Shown piece after piece: positions 1 through 10,027 of a stretch of 64,000 bases of DNA (the stretch's first letter is position 1; each line of letters begins with the position of its first letter). A program made the position numbers and the translations under genes. This stretch comes from a virus, in IMG/VR virus record IMGVR_UViG_3300043122_000207, positions 130,605 through 194,604 of that record. The stretch is one strand, 5' to 3'. Under the pieces are notes generated by a model. That model searched no databases. It was given only the letters and a program-made list of their open reading frames with translations, and had not been told where the DNA came from.

Positions 1-1249
1 CTATAGCTTCTTGTATTTCTTCAACCTCATCGTGAATTGTTGAGAACTGAATTGTACCCACATTATCTTTTGTATCTCTTAAATCTTCAATGGTTAAAAG
101 ATCAATGAATAATAAAGATTCAGTGTATGTTTCATGGATGTTATTAACTTCAGCTCTTTTATTGTGCCATAGATATTTAAGTTTTTCATCTGTATCTGTG
201 CTTCTTCTTAATCTCTGTGGTAAATATTCTGATAACCTATTGATGATTAAAATCCTAACCTGTTCATCAATAAACATATATTTTTTAAGATTAGGAGCTG
301 ATAACTCTACAGTATATTTAATTTCATCTTTTTCTAAAGTTACTTCTTTTTTCTTACCCATTACTGTTTTGCTTTGTAATTCATCGATTGTTTTGGTTGG
401 ATCATATTCGAAATCTTCCATTTCGTTATTCAATGAATTATCAAATATTTCTCTTATATTTTCAGTGGCTTTATTCTGTGTACCACAATGTGGGCAGTTA
501 ATAACTGAATCTACCCCTTTATTTGGTGTATTAGCTAAAGCCCATACAGCATTGATTAAAGGTAAATCCCCTGGTGATGTGATTTCTAAGAAAGTAGAAA
601 AGTCAACCTTTTCACCATCTTTAAATTCAAATTCAGAATTCTCAAAGATGGTTTTGATTTTTTCTAAACTCTGGAAGAAACCAAACTCTTTCTCATATAA
701 AACATTATATGCATCCCTTGTTTTAATGAATGTATTGAGTCCGTGCATTTTGATTATATAATTACTTTCAAAAAGAGGGAAAGATACACCTCTGTCTTTT
801 CTACTTATGGTTTTAAGTTTCTGGAGTTTACTTAAATCACCAGCACGCTTTTTATTAGATACTCTGGATTCCATATCGATGACTTTATTTTTTTTCTTGG
901 GTTCTTTATCTTTTTGATCTCTTTTTCTTTTGATCTCTTCTTTTTCTTTTTCTTCCTGTTCCTTAGATTCAATAGCTTTATTGTGTACTTCCGATACAGT
1001 CTTTAAAGTGTTTACTGCATCTTTCATACCTTTATCTATTTCCTCCATATCTTCTTTTGGGATTCTATCTTTCATTGTGACCTTTTGTTCTGGTAAATCC
1101 ATATCGAGATTTAATTCTTTCTTTTCTTCTTTTGTTGGTTTTTCAAAATTGACTTCCTCTTTACTATCCTCGGCTCCATTATTATCTTCAACTTTATCGT
1201 CAGCATTTTCTTTAAGAAAATCACTAACTTTATATTTCTTTTTTTCCAT
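1..1249 (-). CDS. Baseplate hub/tail assembly chaperone-like protein (CPxCG), runs off the window start
   Basis: Absent from the ORF track. ATG at 1249 follows GGAGGT; the frame reads MEKKKYKVSDFLKEN... and keeps DSVINCPHCGT in frame. Acidic N-terminus and CPxCG recall T4 gp26-like proteins; lies next to a gp25-like gene. Confidence 0.55.
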   Translation of the reverse strand, partial: MEKKKYKVSDFLKENADDKVEDNNGAEDSKEEVNFEKPTKEEKKELNLDMDLPEQKVTMKDRIPKEDMEEIDKGMKDAVNTLKTVSEVHNKAIESKEQEEKEKEEIKRKRDQKDKEPKKKNKVIDMESRVSNKKRAGDLSKLQKLKTISRKDRGVSFPLFESNYIIKMHGLNTFIKTRDAYNVLYEKEFGFFQSLEKIKTIFENSEFEFKDGEKVDFSTFLEITSPGDLPLINAVWALANTPNKGVDSVINCPHCGTQNKATENIREIFDNSLNNEMEDFEYDPTKTIDELQSKTVMGKKKEVTLEKDEIKYTVELSAPNLKKYMFIDEQVRILIINRLSEYLPQRLRRSTDTDEKLKYLWHNKRAEVNNIHETYTESLLFIDLLTIEDLRDTKDNVGTIQFSTIHDEVEEIQEAI

Positions 1250-1317
1250 TAAATAAACCTCCCATAATGATTTAATATTAATTGTTTACACTAAAAGTTT
1301 GTTTCGAGTAAATCTTA

Positions 1318-1752
1318 TCACCCGTTAAAGTCTTTCTTGGGTACCTCTATAGACAAGTCGAATATATTGTTTTTATCAGATATCACATTGAAACTGAAAT
1401 TATCATCTGTTAATGCTTCAATTTTTACCGAATCAAAACCATCCTTTTCAACAGTCACATCTGACATACCAAAGGGTAAGTATGTTCTGCATTGGCTTCT
1501 TAATTCTTCTTCCATTTCAGCTATATTCTGATCTTTGTCCAACATGTGCATATAAGAAGGTAAGTCGAAACCTGCATCTGGTTGATGTTGTATAGAATTC
1601 TTTTTCATTAATAATAAATTTAAAAACATATTTATTTTTGCGAATTTACCTTTAAGAACACTTTGTTTACTGAATTTATCTATGTTTAATGTATAGTCTA
1701 AAACTGTACTTTTATCTATTGTGGTATATTCCAATTTGATACCCCCTATCAA
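1318..1752 (-). CDS. T4 gp25-like baseplate wedge protein
   Basis: About 140 aa; NLLLMKKNSIQHQPDAGFDL fits the gp25 'L...G...P.FG' pattern; late-type promoter at 1763-1775. Confidence 0.55.
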   Translation of the reverse strand: MIGGIKLEYTTIDKSTVLDYTLNIDKFSKQSVLKGKFAKINMFLNLLLMKKNSIQHQPDAGFDLPSYMHMLDKDQNIAEMEEELRSQCRTYLPFGMSDVTVEKDGFDSVKIEALTDDNFSFNVISDKNNIFDLSIEVPKKDFNG

Positions 1753-1842
1753 AGAAATTCTTCTATAATAGTGTTCTATTGCTTTTTAAATGGTATGGGA
1801 AACAAATGGTATAGTTTAATTATAAAACGGAGGTGTCTTAAG

Positions 1843-3162
1843 TTGGCTTATAAAAGAAATATACATTGTCCTCTATGTTCTTATAAATCGAAAAACGAAG
1901 ATAGGGTTGTATCACATATAAAATCGATACATAAAAGAGAATTAAACAAAAAAGGTTTTACTGCAAAGGAATTACTTTATAGAGATAGAAACAAAGATAA
2001 CCCAAATATTGGCCAGTGTGTTGAGTGTGGCGACGAAGTAGAATGGGATGAATCTAAAGAAAGATACCCAAGATTGTGTGACAAAAGTTCTTGTAAGAGG
2101 ATTGCTCACAATAGGCATAAAAAAAACACGAAAGAAAAGTACGGTGTAGAATACAGATTAAGAGATCCGAAATATCAAAAGAAGATGTTGGAAAACCATA
2201 AAGACGCAAAAAAATATCAGTGGTCAAACAATGGTCCTGAATTTATAGTTGTGGGTAGTGTTGAGTATGAGTTATTAAAAAAGATAGACAAAGAAAATTT
2301 ATTAGATCCAAAGAAGATTTCAGCACCTGCTGATTTTAATATTTCTTATAAAACACCTGACGGAAAAAAACATAATCATTTTCCTGATTTTTTTGTAAAG
2401 GATTTGAATCTTATTATAAGTTGTAAAGATGGATTAAAAAACCCTAATACACACCCAGGTTTTAAAAAAGATAGATTAAAAAACCTATGTGAATATAGAG
2501 AGATATTAAATAATACAGATTATAACTATGTACAAATAGAAGGTAAAGAAGAAATTAAAAAGATTTCTAGTATTTTAAAGTCGGTGAAAAAATCTGTTAG
2601 AGCTAATTCACGATATGTCATGCCTCCCAGAATAGATTTTGTTATGTATAATGAAAGCCCATCGGAAGGTGTCCATATAGAATTAAATTATTTACTTATA
2701 GGTTTGAGAAATGAAGCACCTATCTTTTTTTTATTATCTCGGGATATCTTAAATTCCAAAGAACTTTATCATTTCAATGGTGAAGATTTATTGATTGTAG
2801 ATGGGGATAATATTTTAGAGGAGTTTAATTTCTATTGTGTTGATTTACAAGAGACCGATAACTCTATAGATATTTTAAAAATGTATGATGACTTACATTC
2901 TTTTAAAGGTGAGACTATGATTGATATTATTTCTTATTATCTAGGTATACCTAATGAGTATAGTTTATCTGAAAAAATAGAGACCGTTATAGATAATGTC
3001 GGTGGAGAAGAGTCTCTTACAACCTATAAAGATTATAAAGATGAATTCGATGAGAAGTTGAGAGAATTGTCCGAAGAAGAAAAAGGAGATTTAAACGATA
3101 TCTTTAAAGAACCACTAAAGGGTTTTTTAAATGATATGACAGGGGGTGTTGATGGTGAGTGA
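1843..3162 (+). CDS. Zinc-finger protein with a PD-(D/E)XK (TnsA-like) nuclease domain
   Basis: TTG at 1843 after GGAGGTG; CPLC..H..H C2H2 finger, CVECG..C..C second zinc site, HNHFPDFFVKDLNLIISCK nuclease-like motif. Confidence 0.55.
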   Translation: MAYKRNIHCPLCSYKSKNEDRVVSHIKSIHKRELNKKGFTAKELLYRDRNKDNPNIGQCVECGDEVEWDESKERYPRLCDKSSCKRIAHNRHKKNTKEKYGVEYRLRDPKYQKKMLENHKDAKKYQWSNNGPEFIVVGSVEYELLKKIDKENLLDPKKISAPADFNISYKTPDGKKHNHFPDFFVKDLNLIISCKDGLKNPNTHPGFKKDRLKNLCEYREILNNTDYNYVQIEGKEEIKKISSILKSVKKSVRANSRYVMPPRIDFVMYNESPSEGVHIELNYLLIGLRNEAPIFFLLSRDILNSKELYHFNGEDLLIVDGDNILEEFNFYCVDLQETDNSIDILKMYDDLHSFKGETMIDIISYYLGIPNEYSLSEKIETVIDNVGGEESLTTYKDYKDEFDEKLRELSEEEKGDLNDIFKEPLKGFLNDMTGGVDGE

Positions 3163-4042
3163 AGTGATATTTGATAATAGCTATTATGAAGGGGAATTAA
3201 TTAAAGAAACTTATGATTTTAATAATAGTGATGATTTAAAAAGAAAGACGAGTGGTTTAATTCCGGTATACATTATATTCAATAATTCTGGTGCTTTAAT
3301 TTCTAAAATAATAACCAAATTCACAAAGGGAGATTTTTCCCATAGTAGTTTATCTTTAACAGGGATGGATGAAATTATTTCTTTTGGTGACGGAAATAAA
3401 AATAACGGTATTCAAGTTGAAAACATTTATGAATTTTATTCTAGTAGGTCCCCTGAAAGATTAAAAGTAGTTGCTTTTTTTGTGAGTGAAAGGGATTATG
3501 AAAAAATATATGAGGTTCTTGCAAGGTTTAGAAAACAATTTAAAAAGTATAGGTATTCATATAAAGGTTTAATATTATTTCCTTTTCTACCTTCGGTGCC
3601 ACCACACAACAGTTTATGGGAAAAAGATAAATTCTTTTGTTCTCAATTTTTAAGCTGGTGTTTAGGAAATATTACTAAAGCAATAACAGATGTAAACATA
3701 TCACCAAATGATTTAAATAAAATAATAGATGAATCAGAGGTTATGAATACACTTGTGTTATTTGATGGGAAGACTGAAGACTTCGACGAAGAGATGATAT
3801 ATAAATTTGAAAAGTCTTTGGATATTAATAAGAATAAGCTGAATAAAAAAGTTAAAAGAAATATAGATTCTAAAAAAGAAATAAATATGACTAATTTTTT
3901 TAAAGAAAGTGGCGATGATTTAATTTCAGAATTAACTGCTGATTTAATTAATTTGGTTTATCAAGAAGAACTATCTGAGGATGAAAAGTACAGATACAAT
4001 AATAAATTGAATATGGTTATTAATGCGTACCAAAAAGACTAA
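3152..4042 (+). CDS. Permuted papain-like (YiiX/YebB, NlpC/P60) amidase
   Basis: ISKIITKFTKGDFSHSSL (His), YSYKGL, FFCSQF (Cys): the permuted His-before-Cys order. Confidence 0.75.
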   Translation: MVSEVIFDNSYYEGELIKETYDFNNSDDLKRKTSGLIPVYIIFNNSGALISKIITKFTKGDFSHSSLSLTGMDEIISFGDGNKNNGIQVENIYEFYSSRSPERLKVVAFFVSERDYEKIYEVLARFRKQFKKYRYSYKGLILFPFLPSVPPHNSLWEKDKFFCSQFLSWCLGNITKAITDVNISPNDLNKIIDESEVMNTLVLFDGKTEDFDEEMIYKFEKSLDINKNKLNKKVKRNIDSKKEINMTNFFKESGDDLISELTADLINLVYQEELSEDEKYRYNNKLNMVINAYQKD

Positions 4043-4052
4043 TGGGATTTTA

Positions 4053-4064
4053 ATTATATATTAT
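4053..4064 (+). promoter_or_regulatory. Early-type motif ATTATATATTAT (also 9132, 12044, 18275, 48882)
   Basis: Five identical intergenic copies upstream of non-structural genes; resembles the phiKZ early TATATTAC core. Confidence 0.7.
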
Positions 4065-4244
4065 TAAAGAGAAGTGATAGAATAATAAATTAAACATACA
4101 GTTTTAAAACAGTTAAAGGAGTTGATTCATATGAAATAAAGAAAAAATTTTTACACACAACAAAAGAAGTAGATAAGAGAATCAAAAAGATTTAATTAAT
4201 TAATTAATTAAAAACTAAAAAATTTAAAGAGGAGATGGTTTTAA

Positions 4245-5129
4245 ATGAACACAGTATTTACTAAGCCGATTTCGCACGATAGTCTACAAAGAATGTTTGA
4301 CAATATTGATATGAGTTTGGACGCAATCAATAATAGTAGACAGTTGATTTGTCCACACATGAAAGAAGTTGGATCCAATAACATGGATGAAGAAACTTCT
4401 TTTAAATCTCAAGCTAAAAAAGTTGGGGAGAAAACTCTAAGTTTCTATATTGATGATCACGAGATTACATTGAAGGGTAACATGTTTCAGTGTCATGTCT
4501 GTGGTTCAAGGTTCTTTGTACCTATGCAGAGACTTAAAGAAACAGATAGTGAATTAGAAAGATTTGCTAGTTGGGCACAAATGTTCCTTAACACATTGAA
4601 ACTTTTCAAAGGTTTCGTTTATGCGGATCCTATTATTCGTGGAGGTTTCGATGGAGATATGGGACTTAATGTTCCAAAGAAAGTTCGTGCCAATGTTGGT
4701 ACACCATATTTAAAAGAACTTGCTGGCATGAATGTCCACATGAGTTCAGATTCTAGAGCAGCTAGAGCTGATAGAAGTCTTCAGCTTGATAGAGCATTGT
4801 TTATTGCTCACCTTGAGGCTTTAGAAGAAATCTATTCTGCAATCGTTCGTTACTTACAGGGCGAAGAAGTAATTATGTCAGAAGAAGATTTAGAACTCGG
4901 TGCTTTCATGACAGGTGTTGGTGATGGTGGATATAACCCATATAGAGGTGATGTCCCAAACGCTTATGTTGACAGTAGAAGAGAACCAAGATACTTGGAT
5001 TCCATCGTTCAACCTAATGAGCGAGAAACCAATATTGGTGGAAGACCAAGACAGCAAGCCACAAGAACAGCAAGTAAAGAAAAAAAATCATCAGGTAAAA
5101 AATCTGGTGGAATGAAAAAAGATGTGTAA
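4245..5129 (+). CDS. Hypothetical early protein with putative zinc site
   Basis: GAGGAG RBS; CPH...CHVCG; early motif at 4053; terminator follows. Confidence 0.5.
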   Translation: MNTVFTKPISHDSLQRMFDNIDMSLDAINNSRQLICPHMKEVGSNNMDEETSFKSQAKKVGEKTLSFYIDDHEITLKGNMFQCHVCGSRFFVPMQRLKETDSELERFASWAQMFLNTLKLFKGFVYADPIIRGGFDGDMGLNVPKKVRANVGTPYLKELAGMNVHMSSDSRAARADRSLQLDRALFIAHLEALEEIYSAIVRYLQGEEVIMSEEDLELGAFMTGVGDGGYNPYRGDVPNAYVDSRREPRYLDSIVQPNERETNIGGRPRQQATRTASKEKKSSGKKSGGMKKDV

Positions 5130-5138
5130 ATAAAAAGT

Positions 5139-5167
5139 GCGAGGGTTGATTCCCTCGCTTTTTTTTT
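5139..5167 (+). terminator. Intrinsic terminator
   Basis: GCGAGGG/CCCTCGC stem plus T run. Confidence 0.85.
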
Positions 5168-5249
5168 GTTAATTTTGTGCGTTCCTAGGTAATAATACTT
5201 TCTTGGAACAATCATCATAGAACCTATTATTAGGAAAGGTGATGATGAA

Positions 5250-6326
5250 ATGAGTGTGAAAGAACATTTTGAAAGTTATATAAAATTCCCAATTGTGAAT
5301 CCAAAGGTTAATAAATATATAGAGAATTTTGTTACAGAAAATATTGATGTATTGGGTTCTATAGGTGTGGATCAAAAATTAGTTTTTGGTGACGAGAGAA
5401 AAAAGAGATTTTTAGATTTATACGGTTTTGATGAAAGGTCTTTTAAAAGGTTTATGAGAGGAAATAAAGTTATAAAATCCAATTTTAAACATTCAAGAAA
5501 ACCTGAATATCTTTTGCCTGTGACATCTTATGCTCTTGCTTCTAAAAAAATAAAAGATAATTTTTTGTATTTTTTATCGATTATGATTTATACCAATAAA
5601 CATCAAAAGTATTTCGAGTATGGTGTTAATCAAGAGAGAATGGAATATACTATATCTAAATTATCGAATAGGTATCTTCTTAAAAAGAATGGGACAATTT
5701 TAAAAACTTTACAGGAAACAACTGATACAATAAAAAATGCAAGAATTGGTAGTAAGACTTTTAAAGAAAGAATAAAAAGATTAAACGATGAAGATTACCT
5801 ACAGATTGTAAACCGTTTTGATACGAGTATTAATTTGATGATGAAGAACATAGCAAACGAATACTATGAAAATGATACTGTTGTTTGGAAAGATGAAGAA
5901 ATTCTTGATAGAGAGAATTTAAGAACTACAACTAATGATTCTCTTAAATTTGAAAATGTCAAAACAAATTTATCCGATAAGACAATTAAATACGGTTTGG
6001 ATACATCTATACTTAAAGAAACAAACGGAATGAAATATTCCAAACAAATGAAAGAGTTACTGAATAACCATTCCAAAGAGATATCAGATCTTTATGAAAT
6101 GATCCTTGATGATTATATGAAAAATACTGCTGTGCCTGGTATTGAATATGCGAAAAGATATGGGTTTGTGAAGTATTACAAAAATTCGAGAAAAAAAGAT
6201 AAAAATATAAAAAGAAAGATAGAAAAATTAATGAATAAAGTTGACGATATAAATAGATATAAATTTTCTAAAGTTCTAAATAGATATTTGGTTGCATCAA
6301 TCCATAAAGAATTACAGAATGTTTAA
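5250..6326 (+). CDS. Hypothetical late protein
   Basis: 358-aa ORF with RBS, directly after AACA-N7-TAG at 5207; no family recognised. Confidence 0.5.
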   Translation: MSVKEHFESYIKFPIVNPKVNKYIENFVTENIDVLGSIGVDQKLVFGDERKKRFLDLYGFDERSFKRFMRGNKVIKSNFKHSRKPEYLLPVTSYALASKKIKDNFLYFLSIMIYTNKHQKYFEYGVNQERMEYTISKLSNRYLLKKNGTILKTLQETTDTIKNARIGSKTFKERIKRLNDEDYLQIVNRFDTSINLMMKNIANEYYENDTVVWKDEEILDRENLRTTTNDSLKFENVKTNLSDKTIKYGLDTSILKETNGMKYSKQMKELLNNHSKEISDLYEMILDDYMKNTAVPGIEYAKRYGFVKYYKNSRKKDKNIKRKIEKLMNKVDDINRYKFSKVLNRYLVASIHKELQNV

Positions 6327-6337
6327 AGGAGGAAATT

Positions 6338-7018
6338 ATGAAAAAGTCTGGAATCAAAAAAGCTAAAAAAAGAATATTAGATTTTTTTTCTGATGTCGAC
6401 AAATCTGGAAAAAATGTTGAGCTCTATAAAGAAAAATTTAAAAATATGACAGATAAAGAATTCGTTGAAATGATTAAGCAAGGATTATTAAAATTATATA
6501 TCAAACCCTTTGATATAGAGCCAACATTAGAGGATGCAAAAAGAGCGTGTGAACATGTGGGTCTACCAACTGAAGAAGAAATAACTTTACCTTTTTTATA
6601 TGAAGATGAAGAATTGGGGGCTGCTATCAGTAATGAAAAGGTCATGGTTCTTGAAATACCTTTTAAAAGATTACAGCAGATGATATATAAAGAAAACTCC
6701 TCCTCATCAGATATGACAACACGGGATAAAACTAACCAACCGATTAAGGATTCAAAGTCAGCAAAAATATCCGATCAAGAAGTCAGTGTTTTAGATTATA
6801 AAGGTTTTGAAAAAACATTAGAAGAGTTTTTAACATTTAGGGCAGACCATACAATAAGTAAAAATGAAGCTTATGATAATATTGTAAAATCAGGAAAAAC
6901 AAATATACCCGATAGTATAAATGATCCAGAAAGTAAAGTTGCTGTCAATTATTTGCATGCTTTATTTTTGGCTATGGGTATATCTACAGATTTAATAGAA
7001 GATTTAGATCAATTATAA
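6338..7018 (+). CDS. RNA polymerase beta subunit, C-terminal fragment (likely virion RNAP, phiKZ gp149-like)
   Basis: KRLQQMIYKENS..D.TTRDKTNQPIKDSKSAKISDQEV.VL...G.E..LEEFLTFRAD aligns to the beta C-terminus (KL.H...K..ARS...QP...G.RFGEME..AL...G....L.E.L..KSD); in a late-promoter operon. Confidence 0.8.
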   Translation: MKKSGIKKAKKRILDFFSDVDKSGKNVELYKEKFKNMTDKEFVEMIKQGLLKLYIKPFDIEPTLEDAKRACEHVGLPTEEEITLPFLYEDEELGAAISNEKVMVLEIPFKRLQQMIYKENSSSSDMTTRDKTNQPIKDSKSAKISDQEVSVLDYKGFEKTLEEFLTFRADHTISKNEAYDNIVKSGKTNIPDSINDPESKVAVNYLHALFLAMGISTDLIEDLDQL

Positions 7019-7034
7019 AAAGGAGTGTTAAAGA

Positions 7035-7835
7035 ATGTTTGCTAAAATAATGAATTTAGATAATGAAGAAATTAAAGATTATTTAATTACTATTCTACCT
7101 TGGTTAATAATTTTATTGATGGCTTTTAATATGTATTATCAACAGGTTCAGTTCTCTGAGTTTAAAAGCTCAATCATAGCAAGAATTCAGTTTGAGACAA
7201 CTAAGGAATTTAAAAATGAAATCAATATTTTAAGTGAAGAAATATCTGGTCTTAGAGAAGAGATAAAAAATTATAAAGAAGATAATGAAAAAGAAATGGC
7301 TGCCGTTGTGAATGATGGAGATGAAGAAAAAAGATTATTAGAAAACTACCAATATATCATGAGTAGAGAAAATGGTTTGTCAAAACAAAATATTTTAACA
7401 TTAGAAAAATATGCTGAAACTGAAGATATGCCGGATATAAATCCACACTTGGTTTTTGCGATGCAATATGTGGAATCAAGATTTAATCCTGATTCTGTAA
7501 ATGGTGGTGTTTATGGTTTAGGACAAATAAGTTTATCGACTGCAAAATATATCAAAGATTATTTTGGGTATAATGACATTATAAATGAAAACACTTTAAA
7601 GGATCCAAATTTAAATATAAAATATCATGTTTCGTATCTTAAACTTTTATATAAGACTAAAGGTAGAAATTGGTATAATGTAATTATGGTTTATTCTGGT
7701 GCAAAAATGGCTGATGACCCCAATGCTTTTATGTGGAAATACATTGGTAAAATGAATGATTTTCTTTCTAAAACAAGGGGTACTAGTTTTCAAAAAATAA
7801 TAGCAGATAAGGATTTCAAAATAAAGTTGGAATGA
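7035..7835 (+). CDS. SLT-family lytic transglycosylase with N-terminal membrane anchor (endolysin-like)
   Basis: ITILPWLIILLMAF hydrophobic segment; MQYVESRFNP (catalytic Glu), YGLGQI, NLNIKYHVSYL. Confidence 0.8.
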   Translation: MFAKIMNLDNEEIKDYLITILPWLIILLMAFNMYYQQVQFSEFKSSIIARIQFETTKEFKNEINILSEEISGLREEIKNYKEDNEKEMAAVVNDGDEEKRLLENYQYIMSRENGLSKQNILTLEKYAETEDMPDINPHLVFAMQYVESRFNPDSVNGGVYGLGQISLSTAKYIKDYFGYNDIINENTLKDPNLNIKYHVSYLKLLYKTKGRNWYNVIMVYSGAKMADDPNAFMWKYIGKMNDFLSKTRGTSFQKIIADKDFKIKLE

Positions 7836-7902
7836 TAAATAATTTTTTTATATCCACAACAATTTTTTGAAGGAGAAATAAACATATTTGGGAGGGGACA
7901 TT

Positions 7903-9105
7903 ATGGCTAAAAAAAATACATCTACTGATGATATGGAGCTAGGTTTATTTAAAACTGGTTTTCCTATGTTTGACCTTTTGGTTGGTAGAGACCATGTGAC
8001 AGATAAAGAAAACCCTGATGATTTCGTGAAAATAAGGGGTCTACGTTCTGGTTCCATGGTTTCGTGTTTTGCAAAATCAACATATGGAAAAACCACATTA
8101 CTTTTAAATAAAGCTGGTAATATAATAAGAAAATATAAATATGATGCAGAACCACAATTACACATAGTTGATGCTGAGGGTGGTGCTGAGTTAGCTAGAG
8201 TTTGTGCCACAACAGGTATACCTTATGATAAAAATGTGAATCAAAGAATAAAGGTTTACCCAAGACATAAGGTTACAACTGAAAAAATGTATGATTGGTT
8301 TTTAGAATTATATGAGGAGAAAAGAAAAAATAAAGATAAATATTTAGGTGAGGTTGTTTTAGGCAATGGTAGAAAAGCAAAAAGATATTTACCTACAATT
8401 TGGTTTATAGATTCAATATCATCACTTATCCCTGAAAAATTAAAAGATAAAAATCAGGTTGATGAAATGTATGCGGCAACAAAGGCTAGAGTCAATAATA
8501 ACTATATTGAGAAAATGCGTGATAAAGCAAGTGAAGTTAATATTATGATTTTTTTGATTCAACACGAGGGTAACACTATCAATACCAGTTTTTATGCACC
8601 CAGAGAAAATAGAGGCTATAGTAGTGACATAAAACCTAAGGGTGGTACTAAAGCTATTTTTGAATCTGATGTGTCTATCTGGATAAGTAGGATAGTTGCC
8701 CATAATAAAAAGAAGACAAATAAGAAATACCCTAATGAAAAGGGTTTTACATCCATTATGGAAGCAACCATAGTAAAAAATAGATATGGTGAAGCCAATA
8801 ATAGAACCAAATATTCACTGGTTCAACATAGGGAATATGGATTTGATCCACTTCATTCTTACCTTTTTGATGTTTTAGAAAAAACAGATGTTATACAAAC
8901 TAAAAGGGGTTCTGGTTGGAGGTCACTGGAAGGGTACGATGATAAATTTTATGAATCTGATATCCTTAATTTAATAGAGACTGATGCAGACTTTAGAATA
9001 GCTTTATCTAAAGAAGTATCCAAAGCTTTCCATGATACTATTAGATACCAGGACACTGACGATATATTAAAGAATGCACAAAATTTAATAGATGATCTTT
9101 TGTAG
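7903..9105 (+). CDS. uvsX: RecA/UvsX recombinase
   Basis: FKTGFPMFDLLVG, Walker A AKSTYGKTT, VDAEGG, WFIDSISS, GGTKAIFESD, IVKNRYG. Confidence 0.85.
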   Translation: MAKKNTSTDDMELGLFKTGFPMFDLLVGRDHVTDKENPDDFVKIRGLRSGSMVSCFAKSTYGKTTLLLNKAGNIIRKYKYDAEPQLHIVDAEGGAELARVCATTGIPYDKNVNQRIKVYPRHKVTTEKMYDWFLELYEEKRKNKDKYLGEVVLGNGRKAKRYLPTIWFIDSISSLIPEKLKDKNQVDEMYAATKARVNNNYIEKMRDKASEVNIMIFLIQHEGNTINTSFYAPRENRGYSSDIKPKGGTKAIFESDVSIWISRIVAHNKKKTNKKYPNEKGFTSIMEATIVKNRYGEANNRTKYSLVQHREYGFDPLHSYLFDVLEKTDVIQTKRGSGWRSLEGYDDKFYESDILNLIETDADFRIALSKEVSKAFHDTIRYQDTDDILKNAQNLIDDLL

Positions 9106-9186
9106 TGGTATAAAATATTAACTCCTCCTTAATTATATATTATAATGGTGAACGAATAAATAATAATTTAAAAAGGAGGAGTTAAA

Positions 9187-10014
9187 ATGAATGTTAATTT
9201 AAAAAATTTAATTACTGATTTAAATGGAAAAAGAATATTTTATCTAAGTGATGAAGATTTAGGAGAAGAAAAAATGTTGAAACCCGATAATATCGATATT
9301 GAACCACCACCTCTATTAAGGGACACAAAAAACAATATAGAGGATTTGGATATTGATGGTTTAAATAAGATACCATTTTATGAGACCATAGGTGGTGCCT
9401 TAAGATATTACGGTGAAGACTTTGATGGTGAGAAATTATATGTTTACTCACCAGTTAAAGAATTTGAAAATGTCAACATAATAGAGAATGAGGACTTAGT
9501 TAAGATTACACCAATGTTTAAATATCTTGATGAACTTTGGGTTATGGAAAATGTTAAAGTTAAATGTTTAGGTATAATAAAGATGTTTAAAAACGGGGAT
9601 GATTGGGATTGGAAATGGGTTGGTTATTCTTTAGAGATGGGTGAATTAGTAAGGGAAAATATAGATAAGAATGAACCTGAATACTTAGAGAAGATACCAA
9701 CATACATGAAAAAACTGGTTGAAAAAATGAAACTAAATAAGATACCAAAAAAAGAGATGGTTCATAAAATTTTAAATAACCCAAAACTTGATATACCAAT
9801 GACAGATACAGGAATAAAACCTGGAGACTTTGTTCCTATTGTGAAAATAAATATGTTGACTGGTAGACACTTTACGATGTATTATAAAATCAAATATATA
9901 GAATATGAATCTAAAGTGGTCGTTTATTATAAATCACCTTGGACATATGAGTATGAAGAGGATATATTTGAAACTATAAACAATGGTTACATTTATATAC
10001 GTTTATACAAATAA
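9187..10014 (+). CDS. Early protein, possible degenerate ADP-ribosyltransferase fold
   Basis: IFYLS, IPFYETIGGAL, KLYVY, DELWVMENVKVKCLG resemble the jumbo-phage ART-like pattern; canonical residues partly missing. Confidence 0.35.
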   Translation: MNVNLKNLITDLNGKRIFYLSDEDLGEEKMLKPDNIDIEPPPLLRDTKNNIEDLDIDGLNKIPFYETIGGALRYYGEDFDGEKLYVYSPVKEFENVNIIENEDLVKITPMFKYLDELWVMENVKVKCLGIIKMFKNGDDWDWKWVGYSLEMGELVRENIDKNEPEYLEKIPTYMKKLVEKMKLNKIPKKEMVHKILNNPKLDIPMTDTGIKPGDFVPIVKINMLTGRHFTMYYKIKYIEYESKVVVYYKSPWTYEYEEDIFETINNGYIYIRLYK

Positions 10015-10027
10015 GGAGTTGATTGTT

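Noticed and set aside
90-1256. Plus-strand ORFs 90..761 and 930..1256
   Set aside because: Antisense shadows of the real minus-strand gene starting at 1249; the same applies to most short F/S/L-rich ORFs in the track.
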